Source: Gemmatimonadota bacterium (lineage in GTDB: Bacteria > Gemmatimonadota > Gemmatimonadetes > Longimicrobiales > Gaopeijiaceae). Taken from it: a stretch of DNA of 64,000 bases. The first letter of the stretch is position 1; the number at the start of each line of letters is the position of its first letter. A program made the position numbers and the translations under genes. Positions 8,261-16,534 of the stretch are shown here, one piece after another. The notes beneath the pieces were generated by a model. The model worked only from the letters and a program-made list of their open reading frames with translations, had not been told where the DNA came from and did no database searches. Location: positions 4,603-68,602 of the forward strand of contig QJYK01000207.1 in the NCBI GenBank assembly GCA_003248075.1, in the 5' to 3' direction.

Positions 8261-11200
8261 ATGCACGCACGTCTCCTGGCCGCGCTCGTGGCGCTGGCCA
8301 CGCTCCCGCTCTCGACACTGGCGCAGTCCCCTGCGCTCCCGGATGGTGCCCTCGGCCTCTACCGCTACCCGGCGCTCCACGGCGACCGCATCGTGTTCGC
8401 GGCGGAGGGGGACCTCTGGCGCGTTTCCGTGACGGGAGGTCTGGCGCAGCGGCTCACCACCCACCTGGCCGACGAGCGCGACCCCGTCATCTCGCCGGAC
8501 GGGCGAACCGTCGCCTTCACGGCCCGGTACGAGGGCCCGGCGGAAGTATACACGATGCCGATCGACGGCGGCCTTCCGGTACGCCGCACGTACGAGCCGG
8601 AGCTGTCGCTGGCCACGGCCTGGAGGCCCGACGGCCGGCTCGTGTACACGACCACGCACTACTCGACGCTGCCGCAGAACCAGCTGGTCGCGCTGGATCT
8701 CGCGAGCGGCGCCAGCGAGCGGATCCCGCTCTATACTGCGTCCGAGGGGTCGTGGGACGCGAGCGGGCAAACGCTGTACTTCGTGCGCCCCGCGTTCCAC
8801 AACAACGTCACGAAGCGATACGTGGGTGGAACCGCCAGGGATATCTGGAAGTTCGAAAGGGCCGCCAGCGAAGCCGTCGAGCTCACGGGAGACTACGCGG
8901 GCGAGAGCCATTCACCCATGTGGTACGACGGCCGGGTCTACTTCGTGAGCGACCGGGACGGCACCATGAACCTCTGGTCGATGGACGAAAGCGGTGGCAG
9001 CCTCCGGCAGCTCACGCGCCATTCGGGCTGGGACGTCAAGGAGCCCGATCTCCAGGACGGACGCATCGTCTACCAGCTCGGTGCCGATTTGCGCCTGTTC
9101 GACATCGGCTCCGGCCGCGACGCCCTCGTGCCCATCACGCTCGCGTCCGACCTCGAGCAGCTGCGGGAGAAATGGATCGACACGCCCCTGGAGTACCTGA
9201 CTTCCGCGCACTTGGACCCGGACGGTTCCCACGTCGTGCTCACCGCGCGCGGCCGGGTCTTCGTGGCGCCCACGGGAGCCGGACGCCTCGTGCGGGCATC
9301 CGTCAAGGAAGGCGTGCGCTATCGGGACGTGACCTTCCTTCCCGACGGCGAGACGCTCCTTGGCCTCTCGGACGCATCGGGCGAGTTCGAGTGGGTGACG
9401 CTGCCGGCCGCGGGCGTGGGTCAGGAGCATGCACTCACCCGGGACGGTGAAGTGCTCCGGTACGGCGGTGCGGTCTCGCCCGACGGTGCGCGCTTGGCGT
9501 ACGTGGATCACCACCGGGACCTGTGGGTGCTCGAGTTGGCGTCCGGGCGTCAGCGGGCGATCAATGGTCAGCGCGAAGGGGCGGGCGATCCGGCGTGGTC
9601 GGCGGACTCGCGATGGCTCGCGTTCTCGGAGACGGCGCCCAACACGTTCGCCCAGATCAAGCTGTACGACACCCGCAACGGCGAAGTCACCACCGTCACC
9701 TCGGACCGGGTCAACAGCGTCGCCCCTGCATGGGATGCGGAGGGCGACTTCCTCTACTTCCTCTCGGACCGCAACCTGACGTCGAGCGTCGGCCAACCAT
9801 GGGGGAGCCGTCAGCCCGAGCCCTACTTCGACAACCAGTGGGAGATCTACCAGATCGGCCTACGTCCGGGAGTGCGCTCCCCGTTCCGGCCCCACGACGA
9901 GCTGGCCCCCGGGGGATCCGGTGACGCGGGCACCGCGGGAGGGGATCGAGGCTCACCGACCGGGCGCGCACCCACTCCGGTCGAGATCGCGCTCGAGGGG
10001 ATCGCGATGCGCCTGGCCAGGGTCCCCGTGCCAGCCGGCAACTACGGCAACCTGAGCGCCAACGCCACCGCGCTCTTCTTCCAGTCGCGCGAGGCCGGAC
10101 AGTTCGGGGGTGGCGCCCTGGTCGCGGTCCCGTTCGCCGGCGACGAGCACGCGTCGGTCACGGTCGCGGAGAACGTCCAGGGTTACGAGCTCAGCGGTGA
10201 CGGCAAGAAGCTGCTCCTGCGGCAGCGCAACGCGCTCTCCGTGGTGGACGCCAGGGCGCAGAAGCCGGCGAGCCTCGCCGATGCCCGCATCGATCTGTCG
10301 GGATGGAGCTTCCCCATCGACGTGCGGGAGGACTGGCGTCAGATCTTCGTCGACGCCTGGCGGATGGAGCGGGACTATTTCTACGACCCCGGCATGCACG
10401 GTGTCGACTGGGTGGGGGTGCGTGACAAGTACCTCCCGCTCGTCGAGCGGGTCACCACGCGGGAGGAGCTGTCCGACGTCATCGGTCGTGTCATCGGTGA
10501 GCTCTCGGCACTGCACACCAGCGTGCGGGGTGGAGACATGCGCCAGGGCGAAGACGACATCTCGGTCGCCACGCTGGGCGCCCGGCTCGAGCGTGACGCC
10601 GGCGCGGGCGGTTGGCGTATCGACTACGTGTACAGGTCGGATCCGGACTACCCGGAAGAGCTCTCCCCGCTGGCCGACCCGTCGGTCGATGTCCGCGAGG
10701 GCGACGTCATCGAGCAGGTGAACGGCGTCGCTACCCTGGACGTCCCGCACATCGGCGCGCTGCTACGCAACCAGGGCGGGAAGCAGGTCCGGCTGCGCGT
10801 GCGCGCACGCGGGGCGGAAGCCCGCGACGTGGTCGTCACGGCCACCACCTCCGAGCAGAGCCTCCGCTACTCGGACTGGGAGTACACGCGACGCCTCAAG
10901 GTCGAGGAGGACGGCGACGGCCGCATCGGCTATGTCCACCTGCGCGCCATGAGCGGCGGCAACCTCACGGAGTGGTACCGGAATTTCTACCCGGTCTTCG
11001 ACCGCCAGGGTCTCATCATCGACGTGCGTCGGAACTCGGGAGGCAACATCGATTCGTTCATCCTCGAGAAGCTGATGCGCCGCGCCTGGATGTACTGGCA
11101 GGACAACGTCGGGGCGCCGAGCTGGAACATGCAGTACGCGTTTCGCGGGCACATGGTCGTGCTCGTGGACCAGAACACGGCCTCCGACGGCGAGGCGTTC

Positions 11201-11569
11201 GCCGAGGGGTTCCGTCGCCTCGGCCTCGGGCCCGTGATCGGAATGCGCACCTGGGGTGGCGAGATCTGGCTGGGCAGCAGCAACCGGCTCACCGACGACG
11301 GCTTCGCCCGGGCCCCGTCCACGGGCGTTTACGGCCCCGAGGGCGAGTGGCTCATCGAGCAGGTGGGTGTCGAGCCGGACATCGTGGTGGACAACCTGCC
11401 GCACGCCACATTCAACGGGGAGGACGCGCAGCTGGACGCGGCGATCCGATACCTGCAGGAGAAGATCGCCGAGGATCCGAGGGCCGTTCCTCCCCCCCCG
11501 CCCTATCCCGACCGCGGCTTCCGCTACCGGGCCGACGACGGCGGGCGCTCGGGAAACGGGGGGCGCTGA
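8261..11569 (+). CDS. Tricorn-protease-like S41 peptidase (PD40 propellers + PDZ + S41 domain), secreted
   Basis: 1102 aa with GGAGGG SD and a signal peptide. Starts 'YRYPALHGDRIVFAAEGDLWRV' as Tricorn homologues do. Multiple SPDG repeats. C-terminal S41 block 'GYVHLRAMSGG...IIDVRRNSGGNID...VVLVDQNTASDGEAF'. Confidence 0.9.
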   Translation: MHARLLAALVALATLPLSTLAQSPALPDGALGLYRYPALHGDRIVFAAEGDLWRVSVTGGLAQRLTTHLADERDPVISPDGRTVAFTARYEGPAEVYTMPIDGGLPVRRTYEPELSLATAWRPDGRLVYTTTHYSTLPQNQLVALDLASGASERIPLYTASEGSWDASGQTLYFVRPAFHNNVTKRYVGGTARDIWKFERAASEAVELTGDYAGESHSPMWYDGRVYFVSDRDGTMNLWSMDESGGSLRQLTRHSGWDVKEPDLQDGRIVYQLGADLRLFDIGSGRDALVPITLASDLEQLREKWIDTPLEYLTSAHLDPDGSHVVLTARGRVFVAPTGAGRLVRASVKEGVRYRDVTFLPDGETLLGLSDASGEFEWVTLPAAGVGQEHALTRDGEVLRYGGAVSPDGARLAYVDHHRDLWVLELASGRQRAINGQREGAGDPAWSADSRWLAFSETAPNTFAQIKLYDTRNGEVTTVTSDRVNSVAPAWDAEGDFLYFLSDRNLTSSVGQPWGSRQPEPYFDNQWEIYQIGLRPGVRSPFRPHDELAPGGSGDAGTAGGDRGSPTGRAPTPVEIALEGIAMRLARVPVPAGNYGNLSANATALFFQSREAGQFGGGALVAVPFAGDEHASVTVAENVQGYELSGDGKKLLLRQRNALSVVDARAQKPASLADARIDLSGWSFPIDVREDWRQIFVDAWRMERDYFYDPGMHGVDWVGVRDKYLPLVERVTTREELSDVIGRVIGELSALHTSVRGGDMRQGEDDISVATLGARLERDAGAGGWRIDYVYRSDPDYPEELSPLADPSVDVREGDVIEQVNGVATLDVPHIGALLRNQGGKQVRLRVRARGAEARDVVVTATTSEQSLRYSDWEYTRRLKVEEDGDGRIGYVHLRAMSGGNLTEWYRNFYPVFDRQGLIIDVRRNSGGNIDSFILEKLMRRAWMYWQDNVGAPSWNMQYAFRGHMVVLVDQNTASDGEAFAEGFRRLGLGPVIGMRTWGGEIWLGSSNRLTDDGFARAPSTGVYGPEGEWLIEQVGVEPDIVVDNLPHATFNGEDAQLDAAIRYLQEKIAEDPRAVPPPPPYPDRGFRYRADDGGRSGNGGR

Positions 11570-11633
11570 CCGACCGACCCCGAAGCTGGCGGGCAGGCCG
11601 GCTCCCACACCGCGGAGCCGGCCGCCCCCACGG

Positions 11634-12725
11634 TCAGAAGTGCAGGTAGGTCTGGAGCTTGAGCCCCCAGATCGTCTCTCCGGCCTGCGGGTGCCACATG
11701 TCGACGTTGGCGGCGACCTTGTTCCGACCCTCGAAATGGACGACGAGCCCGGGGGTGAGCAGGAGCCCGCCGTCGGAGCGCGCGTCGCGGTCGGGATCAC
11801 CCCAGCTCACGCGTCCGACCGGCTCGATCGCGCGCACCCTCCCGTCGTCGCTCAGAGGGATACGGTAGGTCGTGATTCCCTGCCACGCGACGTATCGGCT
11901 CTCTTCGCCGCCGGCGTCCAGGTTCATCCAGTTCTGGCCGGAAAGGACGGCGGCCTGGACGTGGAGGCCCCGCTCGAAATTCCCCAGCTCCACGTCCACG
12001 CTCACCGACGGCGCGTGCGCATCGGCCAGCGTGATCGGGTTCGGATAGTCGTGGACGCTGGCATTGGCGCCCAGCTTGAGGTCGGCCCGGGGGAGCCACT
12101 CCAGCCGAGCCGCCACGGACTTGGCGTCGTTCTCCTCGCGTCGGTTGGGGCCAGAACCGTTGGTCACGCTGAGGAGGTAGTCGAGCCTTCCGCCGGCGAG
12201 CTCGCCCTCCACCAGCACGCCCACGTCCAGGGAAGACAGCTGGAGCCGCTCGCTGAAGCGAGAGAAGCTGCACACGCCTCCGATCCCCGCGCAGGGCTCG
12301 ACGCCCCGCACGTTGCCGTCGCGCTCCACCACGAGGATGCCCGAAGACGGGGTCAGCTCGAAGAGATCGAACGCCCGCTTGAACTGGCCGAAGGAGAGCC
12401 GCGCCCTTGGGCTCGGCGACAGGCGCACGAACGCGTAGCGCGCGACCGCCCCCTCGCCGGCCACATCGACGTGCACGACGCCGTCGATCCAGTCGTTGAA
12501 TCGGGTCGCCACCCAGATGCGGGCGCGGCGCACCAGGAGCTCCGAGGAGACCTCGCCATCGGCGCTGGTCGTGTTCAGCTGAAAGTGGAGCCGGCCTCCG
12601 AGCTCGGTCCGCTCCACCGGCTCCCTGGGCTCGACGGCCTGAGCGGCGAGGGCGGTCGCCGCCGGCCCGGCGAGGGTGCTCAGGATGAGGACACGGGCGG
12701 TGCGGTGGATTCGGCTTCGGGGCAT
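11634..12725 (-). CDS. outer-membrane beta-barrel porin-like protein
   Basis: Listed ORF 11634..13469 is over-extended into the next gene. ATG 12725 gives a signal peptide (RVLILSTLAGPAATALAAQA), alternating beta-strand pattern and C-terminal '...LQTYLHF' (terminal Phe). Resembles phosphate-selective porin O/P-type proteins; exact family unverified. Confidence 0.7.
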   Translation of the reverse strand: MPRSRIHRTARVLILSTLAGPAATALAAQAVEPREPVERTELGGRLHFQLNTTSADGEVSSELLVRRARIWVATRFNDWIDGVVHVDVAGEGAVARYAFVRLSPSPRARLSFGQFKRAFDLFELTPSSGILVVERDGNVRGVEPCAGIGGVCSFSRFSERLQLSSLDVGVLVEGELAGGRLDYLLSVTNGSGPNRREENDAKSVAARLEWLPRADLKLGANASVHDYPNPITLADAHAPSVSVDVELGNFERGLHVQAAVLSGQNWMNLDAGGEESRYVAWQGITTYRIPLSDDGRVRAIEPVGRVSWGDPDRDARSDGGLLLTPGLVVHFEGRNKVAANVDMWHPQAGETIWGLKLQTYLHF

Positions 12726-12795
12726 GGTGGATGGCGAAGGAGTCGACGACAAAGGCGGTGAAGCTAGAGGCAGCCCGTCCGTGCGCAATCCGTGG

Positions 12796-13974
12796 CTAGC
12801 GTGAGGACACCCACTGCCGAGCGAGCTCGACCACGTGGTCCACGTCGGACGCGTCGTTATAGACCCCGATCGACATGCGTAGCACGCCCTTGCGGACAGA
12901 CAAGCGCACACCGCCGTCCGTGAGATGGCGGTAGAGGTCCGCGAGCGCGGGGTCGTCCACCGTGTCGTGGTGGCCCTCGCCCGCACGGCCCACGGCCACG
13001 ATGTGCGCGAGATGCTGTCCGGGTGGCCCGCCGACGACCGGCAGACCGAGCCGGAGGAGGCCCTCGGCCAGCCGTGCCGCCAGACCCCGCACGTGCTCCT
13101 CGACCCGACCGATGCCGATCTCGTGAAGGAGGTCGAGTGCGGTCGCGGCGGCGCGCGCCCCCAGATAGTTGAAGTTGCCCAGGTCGAACCGTCGCGCGCC
13201 GGCCGCGTACGGAAGCGCGCCGTCGCTTCGCGCGGTCTCTCCCGACTCGGTGCCGAGATCCATCCCGTAGCGGGCGACGTGGGACGGTCGGAGCGCCTCG
13301 GCAACCTCCCTCCGCACGTACAGGAACCCCAGGCCGTACAAGGACAGGAGTGCCTTCTGCGTCGCGACCGCCAGGGCGTCCACACCCAGGTCCTCGACGT
13401 CGGTACGGATGGCCCCCACGGACTGGGCCGCGTCCACCAGGACGAGCGCGCCACGCGCGCGTGCCCCATCGGACACGGCGCGCACGTCGGTTCGGAATCC
13501 CGGCGAGAACGAGACGTGCGGGACCGTGACCACCCGCGTGCGTCGGTCGATCGCTTCGAGGATCGACCCCACGTCGATCGTGCCCCCGGTCGGTGGCACG
13601 GCCCGCACTTCGATTCCGCGCGTGGCCCGCAGGTTGTACCAGAGGAAGACGTTGTTGGGGTGCTCGACCTCGGGACAGATGACCACGTTGTCTCCCCGTT
13701 CCCACGGGAGGCTCGAGGCGAACAGGTTGAGGCCCTCCGACACGTTCTTGGTCACCGCCACCTCGTCGGCGGACGCGCCCAGGAGGGACGCCAGTCGGGA
13801 CCGGGCCCGCTCCACGTGTCCCTGGAAGTCGGCCTTGTCGCCCGAACCCATCACCCGCTCCCTCAGGTGCGCCTGGGCGGCCTCGGCGACGGGGGTGGGG
13901 ACGAGCCCGCGCAGCGCGACGTCCAGGTAGACCTGACCCTGGACGCCTGGAAAGAGCGCGCGGATCTCGTTCAC
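12796..13974 (-). CDS. class V aminotransferase / cysteine-desulfurase-like PLP enzyme
   Basis: 392 aa. 'VYLDVA...', 'VTVPHVSFSPG', 'LVLVDAAQSVGAI..DV..LGVDALAVATQKALL' (PLP-Lys context). GTG start overlaps the upstream stop (GTGA). Confidence 0.85.
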   Translation of the reverse strand: MNEIRALFPGVQGQVYLDVALRGLVPTPVAEAAQAHLRERVMGSGDKADFQGHVERARSRLASLLGASADEVAVTKNVSEGLNLFASSLPWERGDNVVICPEVEHPNNVFLWYNLRATRGIEVRAVPPTGGTIDVGSILEAIDRRTRVVTVPHVSFSPGFRTDVRAVSDGARARGALVLVDAAQSVGAIRTDVEDLGVDALAVATQKALLSLYGLGFLYVRREVAEALRPSHVARYGMDLGTESGETARSDGALPYAAGARRFDLGNFNYLGARAAATALDLLHEIGIGRVEEHVRGLAARLAEGLLRLGLPVVGGPPGQHLAHIVAVGRAGEGHHDTVDDPALADLYRHLTDGGVRLSVRKGVLRMSIGVYNDASDVDHVVELARQWVSSR

Positions 13975-15163
13975 CGGTGCGGGTCCCCGCGCATCGCCCC
14001 CTCGGATCGAGCCACCAGGATGGTGCCCACCATGTCCCCCATCACGTTCACGGTCGTGATGCCCATGTCGACCAATCGGTAGATGCCGCCCACGATCGCA
14101 GCGAGCTCCAGGGGGAGCCCCATCGCCTGGATGAGAATGAGGGAGACGACGAATCCTCCCGCCGGGATCCCCCCCGAGCCCGCAGAGAGGCCAGCTCTCC
14201 GGGTCCGAGATCGACGCCCGACGCCTGCGCCGTGAAGAGCACCACGGTCATGAGCAGGATCGCGGTGCCGTCCTTGTTCACCTGGGCGCCCAGGGGCAGC
14301 GTGAACGAGTAGACGGGCCGCGGCAGTCGGAGCCCTTCGGCGACCTCGAGCGCGACCGACAGCGAGGCCAACGAGGATGTCGTCGCCGCCGTGGTGGCCC
14401 ACAGCGGCCCCGTGCGCTGGAGAAAAGGCAGGGGGCGCCAGCCCACGACGCGAAGGAGGGTGAGGTAGAGGGTGACCATGACGAGCTGCGCACCCCACAC
14501 ACCGCCCACGAAGCGCGCCATGGACCCGAAGAGCTCCGCTCCGTAACGGCCCACGGTCACCGCCATCAGCGCGCCGATCCCGTACGGCGCGACTCCCAGG
14601 ATCAGGTCGACCAACCTCCTGAAGAGGTCCGCCAGGTCCGCGTAGAGCTGGCGGAGCCGGTCCCGCGGTCCCTCGGGCAGACGGAGCGTCGCCAGGCCGA
14701 CGATCGCGGCCACGACCACGATCTGAGCGACGTTTCCGTCCGCGAAGGCGCGAAAGACGTTCGAGGGCACGAGGTCGAGCAGGACGTCGGAGAAGGACGG
14801 GACCGCGGCCACGTCACCTCCGAGCTGGGCGCCCGTGGTCATACCCTGACCGGGCCGCAGGAGACCGGCGGTCGCAAGCCCGAGGCACAAGGCGATCACC
14901 GTCGTGACCAGGTAGAAGCCGAGGATCTTGGCCGCCAGCCGCCCGAGGGTTCCCACGTCGGTGAGGGCCGTCAGCCCGGCGAGGAGGTTGGCGAAGACCA
15001 GCGGCAGCGCGGCGAGCATGAGGAGGCGGATGAACAGTTCACCCACGGGCTCGATGGGGACGACGCGAGCGCCGAGCGCGGCACCGAGCCCGGCACCGGC
15101 CACCATGCCGATGAGGATCCGCGTGCCGAGACCGAGCCGACGGGGGAAGAAGTGTTCCGTCAT
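13971..15163 (-). pseudogene. dicarboxylate/amino acid:cation symporter (DAACS, GltP/DctA-like) interrupted by a frameshift near 14185-14200
   Basis: N-terminal about 320 aa are in ORF 14048..15163 up to '...FTAQASGVDLGPGELASL'. The conserved C-terminus 'SAGSGGIPAGGFVVSLILIQAMGLPLELAAIVGGIYRLVDMGITTVNVMGDMVGTILVA' is in the frame of ORF 13971..14498. Confidence 0.7.
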
Positions 15164-15207
15164 CGGAAGAACTTGCGCGGCGCCGGACGCGCGCGCGAGA
15201 GTGCCCC

Positions 15208-15708
15208 ATGGACCTCCGGCTGCGCCCTCTCGTGGCGATCCTCGACGTGAACACGCGGCTGTTCCGGAACTGTCTTCGCGACGTCGACGAAGAGGGTGCG
15301 CTCACGCGCATCGACGCGCGCACCAACCACCTGTCGTTCCTCGCCTGCCACCTGGTGGGCGCCCGTGCCTACCTGGCAGGTGCCTTGGGGGGCGATGGAT
15401 CCGACCCGTTCGCCCACCTGACGGGCGATGCGCGGACCATCGAGGAGGTTCCCCGGTTCCCGTCGGTAGCCGAGGTGCTCGAAGCCTGGGAGGCCGTGAC
15501 GGCGCGGCTCATGGACCGCATGCGGCGGCTGGGCCGGGCCGAGCTGGACGCCGAGGCGCCCGCACGCTTTCCGGTCGACGACCCCACCGTGCTCGGAATG
15601 CTGGCATTCCTCATGCAGCACGACGCCTACCACGTCGGCCAGATGGCCCTCCTGCGGAAGCACGTCGGCCTCGGGGCCATGGAGTACGGTGAACCGGAGG
15701 AACGATGA
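15208..15708 (+). CDS. DinB-family protein
   Basis: 166 aa. Four-helix DinB_2-like pattern with His residues 'LACHLVGAR' and 'FLMQHDAYHVGQMALL'. Confidence 0.8.
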   Translation: MDLRLRPLVAILDVNTRLFRNCLRDVDEEGALTRIDARTNHLSFLACHLVGARAYLAGALGGDGSDPFAHLTGDARTIEEVPRFPSVAEVLEAWEAVTARLMDRMRRLGRAELDAEAPARFPVDDPTVLGMLAFLMQHDAYHVGQMALLRKHVGLGAMEYGEPEER

Positions 15709-15926
15709 AGAAGCTTCTCCTGACCGTTCTGGTGGGCGGCACGGTCGCCTGCGGCGGCTCGCGGAGCGCCGAGGCGCGCACCGCGGTGGATACCCTCACG
15801 CGGCGGCAGAAGGACAGTCTCGTCTCCACCATGCCGATCCCGGGCGCGTCCCGGATCCGCGACGCTCAGAAGGCGTCCGACGCGCAGCGCGCACGAAACG
15901 CCCTGCTGGACTCACTGGCGCGCTGA
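15705..15926 (+). CDS. small lipoprotein, unknown function
   Basis: 'MKKLLLTVLVGGTVACGG' signal plus lipobox Cys. ATGA overlap with the DinB gene. Confidence 0.6.
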   Translation: MKKLLLTVLVGGTVACGGSRSAEARTAVDTLTRRQKDSLVSTMPIPGASRIRDAQKASDAQRARNALLDSLAR

Positions 15927-15965
15927 TCCACGGCGCCCGCCGCCCGCGTGCCGGCGTGGTGCCCG

Positions 15966-16250
15966 TCAGTCCCGGGTGCGCGGAAGCTCCCGTGCCTTCC
16001 TCTCCTCACCGGCGAGGAGCCGCTCCGTGAAGTCCTGGCGCTCCTCCATGAGTCGCAGGCGAGCGTTCATGGTCTCGAGAAGATCCCGGATCTGACCGAC
16101 GTCGCTTTCGAGGCCCTGCTGCTTGTCCCTGGCGTACAGCTCCAGGAGCTCGCTGATACGCTTCGCGATCGGGCGCAGGACCGCGACGCCCCCCACGGTG
16201 AGGATGAAGACGATCGAAACGATCATCGGGGCGATCACTTCCCAGTCCAT
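15966..16250 (-). CDS. small single-TM coiled-coil protein, unknown function
   Basis: 94 aa. N-terminal TM 'IAPMIVSIVFILTVGGVAVL', then a charged helical tail 'IRDLLETMNARLRLMEERQDFTERLL'. Architecture is reminiscent of PspB, but this is not established. Confidence 0.55.
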   Translation of the reverse strand: MDWEVIAPMIVSIVFILTVGGVAVLRPIAKRISELLELYARDKQQGLESDVGQIRDLLETMNARLRLMEERQDFTERLLAGEERKARELPRTRD

Positions 16251-16381
16251 GGCATCTCCGATCCGCGGTGCGAGGCGGCGTTCTCCTCACCTACGAGCGC
16301 CGCCGCCGGCCGTTCCAAGCTCCGTCGGGGACGCGCCGGGCGCAACGGCGGTCGCCCAGGCCCGCCGGTGTGGGGCGGACG

Positions 16382-16534
16382 TCAGGCGGGCCCGTCGTCG
16401 TCGTCCATGAGGATGCGCAGGGGCGGGTCGTCGAGGTCGTCGAACTGTCCGTCCCGGGCGGCGCGCAGGAAGAGAATCAGAAAGACGGCGGCCAACCCCA
16501 GGGCGATCGGCACCAGGAAGAGCAGCGAGTTCAC
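16382..16534 (-). CDS. ccoS: cbb3 oxidase maturation protein CcoS/FixS
   Basis: GTG 16534 overlaps the ccoI stop (GTGA). 'NSLLFLVPIALGLAAVFLILFLRAARDGQFDDLDDPPLRILMDDDD' matches the CcoS pattern (TM + SGQ[YF]DDL + ILxDDD). Listed ORF 16382..16585 is over-extended. Confidence 0.8.
   Translation of the reverse strand: MNSLLFLVPIALGLAAVFLILFLRAARDGQFDDLDDPPLRILMDDDDGPA

Noticed and set aside
12726-13469. 5' extension of the porin ORF to 13469 (611 aa)
   Set aside because: It overlaps the class V aminotransferase gene in another frame with Arg/Trp/Ser-rich sequence. A signal peptide follows ATG 12725.
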